Below, one piece after another: positions 22,160 to 30,704 of a stretch of 32,000 nt of DNA. The notes under the pieces were generated by a model that did not search any database, was not told the DNA's origin, and saw only the letters and a list, made by a program, of their open reading frames with translations. Numbering within the stretch: position 1 is the stretch's first letter; the number at the start of each line of letters is the position of its first letter. The position numbers were made by a program, and so were the translations under genes. Source of the stretch: Candidatus Iainarchaeum sp. (lineage in GTDB: Archaea > Iainarchaeota > Iainarchaeia > Iainarchaeales > CSSED10-239); assembly GCA_028700115.1 (NCBI GenBank), contig JAQVTI010000011.1, positions 3,232-35,231 of the forward strand, in the 5' to 3' direction.

Positions 22160-24400
22160 TTAAAATATCATATTTGCAAGAATTGTTGTAATTATAAATA
22201 ATATTGTTGCAATTGGTAAAGTTCTTGCAATATTTAATTTAGCAAGAGTAATGTTGTCTTGTTCTATCATAGTTGTAAAAAATGTTATAATGATTACAAC
22301 TTGAATAACATAGATTGCAACAATTATTAAAAAGGCTGTAGGAGAAGCAAGTTGAGAAATTACAGTAGTATCAATTGAACCCATACTACTAATTGAACTT
22401 GCATTAACATTTACACCAATTGCACTAACCCCATCTTTTACACCTTCAATTGCAGAAGTCATATCTTCCATTGTATTACTGTTTGCAATTGAATAAAGTG
22501 TAGAAATTACAATTTTTTGAAGAGCTGTAGTTATTCCTAAAACTATAGGGGCAATAAATTTAGACATGCTTTTTAGAGTTGTTGTTACAGAACTAATTAA
22601 GTCTCTTAACATTTTAGAAACTTCATCAGTGTTTCTTAACTGCAGAGAGTATGACATTAATGTTTTTGCAGCAACTGAAACTCCTAACTGAACAGAATCT
22701 ACTAAAAGTCTCATAGCTGAATTAATAAGATTAGAAGGATTATTTTTAAGAGCACCATAACTTGGATCAAACAAAGCTGAATTTAAATTAAGTCCTAAAA
22801 CTCTTATGTTATCAATTGCTTTTCCAAATATGTTTTTAGAAATTAAAGCTTTTGGTAAAAAGTTTTTTGTATGACTTAAAGCATCTTCAATTGGTTTGTT
22901 TTCACCAAGTCTACTTGCAATTACATATAGTGCATCTTTAAATTCGTCTTCCATTTTTTCAGTTTCTAATTGTATTTCTCTTTTATATTTACTTTGAGAA
23001 TATAAGACTATAGAAATTAATAAACTAATTAAGATTAACATTCCATAAATTATATAATGAGGAGTAATATCATTTTCTGATCTTGCCCAAAACTCTTGTT
23101 CTGAAGCACATTTAAATTCAGAATCTGCTGCTTTTTCAACTTGTTCTGCTTTTGTACAATAAAAATCTGCTTCACTTATTTCTTGACTATCTGTAATATA
23201 ACCAGATTGAATAAGTATACTTTTTTTAGTTTGACCAAACTCAGATTGTAAAAATACACTTCCTGCAATTAAAATTACACTTACTATAATTATTAAAATA
23301 CCTATATGTAAATGAGCTTTTCCTATTTTTATTGTGTTTTTAGGAGGAAGCTTTGGGTAATTGTCTGGTATTTTAGGAGGTCTGTAAGTAGAAGGTTTGT
23401 TTCTTATTATCTTTTTTGCATAAAACAAACAACCTATAGGAATAATTATATTATATATTAAAATTAAATAAATTGGTTTTGCAAGAGCAGAACCTGAAAA
23501 AGCAGAACCAACTGGTAGAACAATAATTAAAAGTAAAGGAAGTAATACCCCTAAATAAAAAATACCCATTGCTGGTTGTGCTAAACTTCTTGCATAATCT
23601 TCTAGTTTTTCTTTTATGGATTTTAAAGTCTCAGACATTGTTTGATCTAAGATTTGATATCTTTTTGCCTCTGAGTTTTCTATAACAGAAGACCTTATTT
23701 TCATTAAAGCTTTTTTAAACTCAGTAGAAACTTCTCCCCATTTATAGGCAAGTTCATCTATTCCTTCAGAAACACTGTTTTTTATACCTACTTTAACTTC
23801 CCATAATAATTTTTTTAAATCATCTGCAATTTTTCCATGTCCATGATTTGAAGCAAACTCAATTGCTTTTTCTAAATTTGGAACTAATTTCATAGACATT
23901 ATCATATATCCTAAAATTTCTGGAACAAAAGTTAATGCTAAAATTTTTTCAGATTGTACTTTTTTTAAAGGATAATTTTGAAAATTTATATAAATTATTA
24001 TAAAAATAAATATTGGAAGAATAAAAGTAATTATAATAGGCATTATAATTATATCAAATAAAGAAAATAATAAATCATAACCAAATAAATATATTAAATA
24101 ACTAATAAGACCTGTAAGAAAAATACCAAAAAAAAGAATAAATTTTAAAGTAGCAGAATATTCTTTTCCAGATAAATCCCAATTAAGAAAATCAACTGCA
24201 TTTTTTAAATCTGGTCTAAAAGAAGAATTATTACCAAGACTAGGAAATTTATTATATATTTTTTTACAAAAAATAACATAATAATTTTGTTTTTTTCTTT
24301 CTAATTTATTTATATTTTTAGAAAAATCTCTACTTTCTATAGATATTGAACTATATATTTTTCCAGGACTTGTTTTTGGGGGTCTTATTATATCAGACAT
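22160..24400 (-). CDS. Type IV pilus/archaellum-type membrane platform protein (FlaJ/TadC/PilC, T2SS-F family), 746 aa
   Basis: Two cytoplasmic helical T2SSF-like domains (approx. EKILALTF...SIKEKLEDYARSL and EDEFKDALYVIASRLG...KSMSKF), each followed by TM helices, plus extra N-terminal and central TM segments. First gene of a run of pilin genes. Confidence 0.7.
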   Translation of the reverse strand: MSDIIRPPKTSPGKIYSSISIESRDFSKNINKLERKKQNYYVIFCKKIYNKFPSLGNNSSFRPDLKNAVDFLNWDLSGKEYSATLKFILFFGIFLTGLISYLIYLFGYDLLFSLFDIIIMPIIITFILPIFIFIIIYINFQNYPLKKVQSEKILALTFVPEILGYMIMSMKLVPNLEKAIEFASNHGHGKIADDLKKLLWEVKVGIKNSVSEGIDELAYKWGEVSTEFKKALMKIRSSVIENSEAKRYQILDQTMSETLKSIKEKLEDYARSLAQPAMGIFYLGVLLPLLLIIVLPVGSAFSGSALAKPIYLILIYNIIIPIGCLFYAKKIIRNKPSTYRPPKIPDNYPKLPPKNTIKIGKAHLHIGILIIIVSVILIAGSVFLQSEFGQTKKSILIQSGYITDSQEISEADFYCTKAEQVEKAADSEFKCASEQEFWARSENDITPHYIIYGMLILISLLISIVLYSQSKYKREIQLETEKMEDEFKDALYVIASRLGENKPIEDALSHTKNFLPKALISKNIFGKAIDNIRVLGLNLNSALFDPSYGALKNNPSNLINSAMRLLVDSVQLGVSVAAKTLMSYSLQLRNTDEVSKMLRDLISSVTTTLKSMSKFIAPIVLGITTALQKIVISTLYSIANSNTMEDMTSAIEGVKDGVSAIGVNVNASSISSMGSIDTTVISQLASPTAFLIIVAIYVIQVVIIITFFTTMIEQDNITLAKLNIARTLPIATILFIITTILANMIF

Positions 24401-24442
24401 TTTTATTCTCTTTTAATTTATAGTTTTAATTTTTAATTTTTT

Positions 24443-24478
24443 GAAATTATACTATATTTTGAAATTATACTATATTTT
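24443..24478. repeat. Perfect 2 x 18 nt tandem duplication upstream of the pilus operon
   Basis: gaaattatactatatttt occurs at 24443-24460 and 24461-24478. On the minus strand each copy reads AAAATATAGTATAATTTC (TATA-like). It lies 43-78 nt upstream of the ATG at 24400. Confidence 0.9.
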
Positions 24479-24593
24479 ATATTTTAAATAAAAATTAATA
24501 TATATTATATTTATTAAGTAAAAAGAAATATTTAAATATATGTTTATTTACTTTAAAATTATAAAACTAAATAAAATTAGAAGGTGTGAAAAT

Positions 24594-24779
24594 ATGATTA
24601 AAATAAAACAAGATAGAAATGCATGTATTGGATGTGGGGCATGTGTTTCAGTATGCCCAGAAAATTGGGAATTTAAAGGAAATAAACCAATTCCAAAAAA
24701 AACAGAAGTAAAAGAAATTGGCTGTAATAGACAAGCTGCAGATGTTTGCCCTGTAAGATGTATTGAAATTGAAGAGTGA
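24594..24779 (+). CDS. Small 4Fe-4S ferredoxin
   Basis: CIGCGACVSVCP (CxxCxxCxxxCP) plus the distal C...CPVRC. AAGGTG RBS at 24581-24586, 7 nt before ATG 24594. The track's longer N-terminus (24540) is AT-rich leader. Confidence 0.8.
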   Translation: MIKIKQDRNACIGCGACVSVCPENWEFKGNKPIPKKTEVKEIGCNRQAADVCPVRCIEIEE

Positions 24780-24784
24780 TAGAT

Positions 24785-25285
24785 ATGCCAAAAAATATAA
24801 TTAAAAAAAATATAATTACAGAAAAATCATTAGAATCTTTAAAAAAAAAATTAATAGAAAGAAAAACTAAAGAAAAAGAAGAATCAAATGTTTTTACTAA
24901 AAAAATTAAACTAAAAAATTTAAATTATTATAAAAAATTATCCTATTTTTTAGATATTATTTATAAAAATAAATTTATGGAAGATAAAAAAATAACTTCT
25001 TTATCTGCATTTATAGAAGATACTATATTACAAAGAAATTTAATTAAATCAAATTTAATTACATCAGATAATTATCTTAAAAATGGATTAAATAAACCAA
25101 TAATTAAAAAATTTATAAAATTAAAAATAATTAATATAGAAACAGGAACATTATATAAAGAAATTGAAAAATATGCAAATAATAAAAATAAAAAATTAGA
25201 TAATTCTTTCTTTGAAAATTTAAAAACAAATGAATTTGAAGAAATAATTATAAATTCTATAAAAAGAGCTAATAGAAATTTATAA
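24785..25285 (+). CDS. Lys-rich hypothetical protein
   Basis: Long stop-free frame in AT-rich DNA starting next to the ferredoxin stop (GAG TGA TAG ATATG). No motif recognised. Confidence 0.4.
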   Translation: MPKNIIKKNIITEKSLESLKKKLIERKTKEKEESNVFTKKIKLKNLNYYKKLSYFLDIIYKNKFMEDKKITSLSAFIEDTILQRNLIKSNLITSDNYLKNGLNKPIIKKFIKLKIINIETGTLYKEIEKYANNKNKKLDNSFFENLKTNEFEEIIINSIKRANRNL

Positions 25286-25323
25286 AATATATATAAAAAC
25301 ATATTTATAAAAATTAGAAAAAA

Positions 25324-25357
25324 AATAAAAATAAGAAAGAAATAAAAATAAGAAAGA
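25324..25357. repeat. Perfect 2 x 17 nt tandem duplication upstream of the endonuclease-IV-like gene
   Basis: aataaaaataagaaaga occurs at 25324-25340 and 25341-25357, which is 31-64 nt upstream of the ATG at 25388. Confidence 0.9.
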
Positions 25358-25387
25358 TTTATTAATTTTTAAATATATATATACATT

Positions 25388-26136
25388 ATGGATAAAAAAT
25401 TAAACTTTGGTATAGCAGGATTTTCAGATTTATCATACAAAATACCAAAATCTTCTAAAAATCCTACTGCAGATTCTATTTCTTTAATTTCAGAGATAGG
25501 GCTTTCTGCTTTAGAAATTGAATTTGTAAGACAAGTTTATTTAAAAAATACTTCTGAAGAAAAAATTACACAAATTAAAGAAAATGCGATTCATTAAATG
25601 TTGGACAAAAAATAAGTGCAAAAAATATAGTTGTACATATTGGTTATTTTTTAAAACAAGAACCTAAAAAAGTTTTAGAACATATTTCTGAAAATATACA
25701 AGATATATATAATAATTATAAAGGAGATACCCTTTTAGGAATTGAACTTACTGGCAAAAAATCTCAAGTTGGGTCTTTAGATGAACTTTTTTATTTTTAT
25801 AATAAATTTCCTAAATTTGTATTACCTGTAATTGATTTTGCACATCAACATGCAAGAGAAAATGGTTATTTTAATAATAAAAAAAATATATTAGATTTTT
25901 TTGAAAAATTAGATAGTTATCCTGAATTAAAAAAAAATTTACATATGCATATTTCTGGTATAAATTATACTGAAAAAGGTGAAATAAATCATTTACCTTT
26001 TAGAAAAAGTGATTTTCCATATAAATATATTTTGAAAGAATTAAAAGATAGAAATTATAAAGGAACTATTATTTGTGAATCCCCAGAAACAGTATCTGAT
26101 TGTTTATTTATAAAAAATATATATAATAAATTATAA
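25388..26136 (+). pseudogene. Endonuclease IV-like / xylose-isomerase-like TIM-barrel protein (archaeal type), interrupted by a frameshift near 25579-25597
   Basis: Fragment A (25388-25597) reads FGIAGFS...GLSALEIEFVRQVYL. The frame one base back is open from 25579 to 26136 with no initiator and reads ...NIVVHIGYF...GIELTGK...VIDFAHQHA...HMHISGINYTEKGEINHLPF...ICESP. The track lists only the 63-aa tail from ATG 25945. Confidence 0.7.
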
Positions 26137-26150
26137 TTTAATAAAATTAA

Positions 26151-26450
26151 TTATAAAAGTTCCCAATCATTATTTTTTGAATTTGATCCAAATTTTTTTA
26201 TAATTTTATCATTTACTGAAATTAAATCTTTACTTTCATCTTTTTCTTTTTTAGTTGTAAAACCTGTTTCAACATCTGATTTTTGAGATATTAAAAATCT
26301 TTTTCTTAAAGAATTAATTTTATCTATACTATCTTCTTTTATATTCCCAGAATATCCACACACATTACAAATATATTTTTTAGTTTCTTTCTTATAATTT
26401 AAATTTAAAGAATAACATTCTGGGCAATATTTATATAGCATATTAATCAC
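26151..26450 (-). CDS. Zinc-ribbon domain protein
   Basis: YCPECYSLNLNY...YICNVCGYSG (CxxC-x17-CxxC) followed by a charged tail. Confidence 0.55.
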   Translation of the reverse strand: MINMLYKYCPECYSLNLNYKKETKKYICNVCGYSGNIKEDSIDKINSLRKRFLISQKSDVETGFTTKKEKDESKDLISVNDKIIKKFGSNSKNNDWELL

Positions 26451-26585
26451 ATATATTTAATTTATATTTCACATTATAAAAATAGTTCATAATCTTTATA
26501 AATATATAGTTTAATAAATTAATTAATAATAAAGATTAATAATTATATAAAAATTAATTAAAATTAAAATATTGGAGAAACAAAT

Positions 26586-27782
26586 ATGGAAATAAATAAA
26601 ACAGAAATAGGAGTTTGTGCATTTGGACTAAAAACAGGTATTATTACTTTTGATGATAATATGAAAGATGTTGTTAAAAAATATTTTGACAAAAATAAAA
26701 ATATATTAAATAATAAAGATATTTTATGTATGACAGAAGCAGTTGTTGCAATTACTCAAAAAAATTTTGTAAATTTAGAAGATGTATCTATAGAAATTAA
26801 AAATAAATTAAATTTAAAAGAAAATTCTACAATTGGAATTGTTTTTCCAATATTTTCAAGAAATAGATTTTCAATGATTTTAAAAGCAATTGCAAAAACA
26901 GTTCCTTTAGGAAAAGTAATTATTCAATTATCTTTCCCAAGAGATGAACAAGGTAATCCTATACTTTCTAAAGATTTTTGTATAGATAATAATATTACTT
27001 TAGACGAAAAATTAGATTTAAAAAAATTAGATAATTTAGGAAAAAGATATTTGCATCCAGAAACAGGTATGGATTATATTGATTTTTATAAACAAATTGT
27101 AGAAAAAGAATCAAAAAATGTAGAAATCTATCTTGCAAATAAACTAAATTACATAATTAATTCAAAACCAGATGGAATTATTTGTTGTAATGTTCATAAT
27201 AGACAAAATATTTTAAATGAAATTAAAAAATTAGGTTATAAAAATATAATTACTTTACAAGATATTTGTTCTAATTCTTCTAAAAAAGAATATTCAGAAT
27301 ATGGACTTTTGGGGTCAAATATATTAGATCCAGAAAAAAATATATTAAAACTTGCTCCAAAAGATGGAGATTTATTATGTGAAAATATTAAACAAATGAT
27401 ATTTGAAGAATTTGATAAAGATATAGAAGTATTAATATATGGAGACGGTGCCTATAAAGATCCAGAATCAGGAATATATGAACTTGCAGATCCAGTTTCA
27501 TGTTTTGGATGTACAAAAAATATTAAAAATAAAAATAAAACAGGTGTTAAATCAAAATATTTAATGCAAAAACTTTATAGTCAAGGAAAAAATAAAAAAG
27601 AAATATTAGAATTTATAGAAAATGAAAAACAAAGAGTTTTAAAAGAAAATAATAAAAATGATTTTTCATCAGAAGGAACAACTCCACGAAAAATAGAAAA
27701 TTTAATATCTTCTCTTGCAGATTTAATTTCTGGTTCTGCTGATTCAAATACTCCTTTAGTTTTAGTTAAAAATTATCTTTAA
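26586..27782 (+). CDS. CofE-like (F420-0:gamma-glutamyl ligase family, COG1478-like) protein
   Basis: DILCMTEAVVAITQKNFVNL resembles the CofE segment DVLVV.STVISKAEGR. LGSNILDPEKNILKLAPKDGDLLCENIKQMIFEEFDKDIEVLIYGDGAYKDP resembles GIDASN...LLPxDPD...VIITDTNGR. Assignment made from memory of the family only. Confidence 0.4.
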   Translation: MEINKTEIGVCAFGLKTGIITFDDNMKDVVKKYFDKNKNILNNKDILCMTEAVVAITQKNFVNLEDVSIEIKNKLNLKENSTIGIVFPIFSRNRFSMILKAIAKTVPLGKVIIQLSFPRDEQGNPILSKDFCIDNNITLDEKLDLKKLDNLGKRYLHPETGMDYIDFYKQIVEKESKNVEIYLANKLNYIINSKPDGIICCNVHNRQNILNEIKKLGYKNIITLQDICSNSSKKEYSEYGLLGSNILDPEKNILKLAPKDGDLLCENIKQMIFEEFDKDIEVLIYGDGAYKDPESGIYELADPVSCFGCTKNIKNKNKTGVKSKYLMQKLYSQGKNKKEILEFIENEKQRVLKENNKNDFSSEGTTPRKIENLISSLADLISGSADSNTPLVLVKNYL

Positions 27783-27806
27783 AAATATAATATAATTGTG
27801 ATAAAT

Positions 27807-27959
27807 ATGCCTATTTTAAAAAGAAAAAGAATAATTAGAAAAAATGAAAAAATTGTAACATCAAAAGCAAATAAATATGATAGAATATTAAGTTTAGATG
27901 AAGAAAAGGAATTAATGAAAAAAGAAATGGATAAAATTAAAAATTTAAGAAAAAAATAA
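27807..27959 (+). CDS. Possible small basic protein, 50 aa (not in ORF track)
   Basis: MPILKRKRIIRKNEKIVTSKANKYDRILSLDEEKELMKKEMDKIKNLRKK. Stop-free in AT-rich DNA, but no RBS or motif support. Confidence 0.25.
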   Translation: MPILKRKRIIRKNEKIVTSKANKYDRILSLDEEKELMKKEMDKIKNLRKK

Positions 27960-27967
27960 ATCTTTAA

Positions 27968-29155
27968 TTATTTAGGAAGAATTAAATTTAATATAATTCC
28001 AATAATTGAAGCTAGACCTACACCTTCTAAACTAAAATTCCCAAAGTTAATTATAGCTCCACCAACTCCAATTGTAAGTATAACTCCTATAATTATCATA
28101 TTTCTTGTTTTATCTAAATTAATTTTATTATTTATTAAAGTTTTTATACCTACATTTGTAATCATACCATATAATAAAATCATTATCCCCCCTAAAATAG
28201 CATCTGGTATAGTTTGTAAAAAACCACTAATTTTACCAATAAAAGAAAAAATAATGGCTGTTATTGCAGAAATTCTTAAAATAGAAGGATCTTTTAATTT
28301 AGTCATAATAATAGCCCCAGTAACTTCAGAATAAGTTGTATTTGGAGGACCCCCTAAAAAACCTGCAAAAATAGTTGCAAGCCCATCTCCTAATAAAGTT
28401 TTTTTAAGTCCTGGTTTTTCTATAAAATTATTCCCAGTTGCATTTCCAATTGCATACATATCTCCTATATGTTCTATTATAGGAGCAATTGCAACTGGAA
28501 GCATTAAAATTATTGCCTTCCAATTAAATTGAGGAAATATAAATTTTGGGATTTCAATCCATTTAGAAGAAGTAATAATTGAAAAATCAATATTACCAAA
28601 AAATATAGCAATTATATAAGTTAATAAAATACCACTAATAATAGGTAATAATTTAATAGTTTTTTTACCAAAAATAGAAACACATATAGCAATAATTAAT
28701 GAAATACCTGCAAAAATCCAATTATTTGAAGCCATAGAAATTGCAGTTGTAGATAAAGATAATCCTATAACCATAATTACTGGCCCAATAACTGTTGGGG
28801 GAAATATTTTTTTAATAAAATTTATTCCTTTTTTTCTAATAATTATAGAAAATATTACAAACATTATACCTGCAGCAATAAGCCCTGATAAAGTTGCAGC
28901 ATATCCATAACTTGTAGTAGAAATTATAATAGGAGCTATAAAAACAAAAGAACTTCCTAAAAATACAGGAATTTTTCCTTTTGTTATTAAATGAAAAATT
29001 AAAGTTCCTAATCCTGCTGTAAATAAAGCAATTGAAGGATCAATTCCAATAAGTAAAGGAACTAAAACTGTTGCTCCAAATGCTACAAAAAGCATTTGTA
29101 TACCAATTAATCCTTTTTTAATACCTTTTATATTTTCTATATTTTTGTTACTCAT
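27968..29155 (-). CDS. uraA: Uracil permease, NCS2 (nucleobase:cation symporter-2) family
   Basis: Collinear with E. coli UraA: FGATVLVPLLIG, KGKIPVFLGSSFVFIAP, FPPTVIGPVIMVIGLSL, IEHIGD, GGPPNTTYSEVTGAI, GGIMILLYGMI. Confidence 0.9.
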   Translation of the reverse strand: MSNKNIENIKGIKKGLIGIQMLFVAFGATVLVPLLIGIDPSIALFTAGLGTLIFHLITKGKIPVFLGSSFVFIAPIIISTTSYGYAATLSGLIAAGIMFVIFSIIIRKKGINFIKKIFPPTVIGPVIMVIGLSLSTTAISMASNNWIFAGISLIIAICVSIFGKKTIKLLPIISGILLTYIIAIFFGNIDFSIITSSKWIEIPKFIFPQFNWKAIILMLPVAIAPIIEHIGDMYAIGNATGNNFIEKPGLKKTLLGDGLATIFAGFLGGPPNTTYSEVTGAIIMTKLKDPSILRISAITAIIFSFIGKISGFLQTIPDAILGGIMILLYGMITNVGIKTLINNKINLDKTRNMIIIGVILTIGVGGAIINFGNFSLEGVGLASIIGIILNLILPK

Positions 29156-29282
29156 ATTTTATCAAAAATTATAATTTATCTTAAAAATAATTATTTATAA
29201 TATTTTTATTATAAAAAAATAAATTTATTTAAAATATTATATAATCCATAGATTTAAAAAGTATTTTTATTTTAAAATATTT

Positions 29283-29867
29283 ATGTATTCTAAAAGAATT
29301 ATAATTGATATAGAAACTTGCCCTATAAATTTAGATGGCTATTTTGAAAAAGAAGAAGACGAAAAATTAAAATTATTAAATCCAATTGATTCAAAAATAG
29401 TTGCAATTGGACTTAGATTTCAAGAAAAAAATTATGTTTTTTCTGAAAAATTAGGTTCTGAATCAAAAATATTAGAATTATTTTGGCAAAAATTAAAAGA
29501 AATTAAAACCGAAAATAAAGCAATACCTATTATTGGATTTAACATTATTTCTTTTGATATATCTTTTTTAACTACAAGATCCTTATTAAATAATGTGAAA
29601 ATATATCCATTTAGTCTTTCAGAAATATTAGATTTAAGAGATAAAATACATGCATATAAATATGGGAAAACAAGAGGTAAGTTAAAAGAAATTGCATTAA
29701 TTCTTGGACAAGAAATCTTAGATGTTGACGGTTCAGATGTATCTTTTTTTTGTAAAAACAAGCAATTTGATTTATTAGAAAAATATTTGGAAAAAGATTT
29801 AGAAATTACAGATTTTTTATATAAAAAAATAGTTGATTTGGATATTATTAAAATAAAAAAATATTAA
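29283..29867 (+). CDS. DEDD-type 3'-5' exonuclease (PolB-exonuclease-like, RNase H fold)
   Basis: ExoI IIIDIETCP, ExoII IIGFNIISFDISFL, ExoIII-like YLEKDLEITDFLY. Confidence 0.6.
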   Translation: MYSKRIIIDIETCPINLDGYFEKEEDEKLKLLNPIDSKIVAIGLRFQEKNYVFSEKLGSESKILELFWQKLKEIKTENKAIPIIGFNIISFDISFLTTRSLLNNVKIYPFSLSEILDLRDKIHAYKYGKTRGKLKEIALILGQEILDVDGSDVSFFCKNKQFDLLEKYLEKDLEITDFLYKKIVDLDIIKIKKY

Positions 29868-30577
29868 TTAAAATAATTATTTTTTTTTAATTTATTTTTG
29901 GTAATATTTTTTGAAACTTTTAAATTATTTTTTAAACTATTTTTTTTAATAATTTTATTTTTTTTAATAATTTTATTTTTTTTAATAATTTTATTTTTTT
30001 TAAAAGATTTTTTAGAAGGAATAACTTTTATATTTTTATTTGTTTTAGATTTAATATCTATCCAAGCCACAATTCCTAAAATAATTAAAGAAGCTAAACC
30101 AAAAATTAAAAAAACAAATGGAATTAATATAAAAATTAATGTAATTGCATTAATTATTACAAAATGCCCTGAATATCCTCTTAAAGTATAAATATCCCAT
30201 AACCAAACTATTTTAAAAATAATAATTAGTATAAATAAATAAAATATATTAATTATTTTAAATATTATAATTTTAGAAAAAAGAAAATATATAATTAATC
30301 CAATTAATGGTAAAAAAATAATTAATCCCCATTTCCAATTTCTTTTTGCAAGAATAGGATATAAAAAAAAATTAATTATAGGAATCCATGCAATCCAATG
30401 TTTATTATATCCTAATTTTTTTGCAATAGTTTGCATTGCTATAGCTTTATATGAATATAAAATAGATATTATAATCAATATAAAATAATAAAATATCCCT
30501 AAAAATAAAGAAAATAAATTAGAATAATTTAAATCAGTAGTAACAATTTGTGAAATTAAAAACATATTATAATTCAC
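29864..30577 (-). CDS. Polytopic membrane protein with a Lys-rich repetitive C-terminal tail
   Basis: About 6 TM helices, then ...KKNKIIKKNKIIKKNKIIKKNSLKNNLKVSKNITKNKLKKNNYFN. Confidence 0.5.
   Translation of the reverse strand: MNYNMFLISQIVTTDLNYSNLFSLFLGIFYYFILIIISILYSYKAIAMQTIAKKLGYNKHWIAWIPIINFFLYPILAKRNWKWGLIIFLPLIGLIIYFLFSKIIIFKIINIFYLFILIIIFKIVWLWDIYTLRGYSGHFVIINAITLIFILIPFVFLIFGLASLIILGIVAWIDIKSKTNKNIKVIPSKKSFKKNKIIKKNKIIKKNKIIKKNSLKNNLKVSKNITKNKLKKNNYFN
29941..29994. repeat. Perfect 3 x 18 nt in-frame tandem repeat (KNKIIK x3) in the tail of the membrane protein
   Basis: tttttttaataattttat occurs at 29941-29958, 29959-29976 and 29977-29994, with partial copies on both flanks. Confidence 0.9.
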
Positions 30578-30704
30578 CTTATTTAAACATTTTAATTAAA
30601 TTCTAATTATTTATATAAAGATATATATACTTTAATATTTATATATATTTTGATTTATATCTATATTATGTTTTATATTATAAAATATATTTAAAGTGAA
30701 TTAA

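Noticed and set aside
25579-25597. Programmed -1 ribosomal frameshift in the endonuclease-IV-like gene
   Set aside because: There is no X-XXY-YYZ slippery heptamer in the 19-nt overlap of the two frames, and I see no obvious downstream stem-loop. An indel in the A4 run is the simpler explanation.
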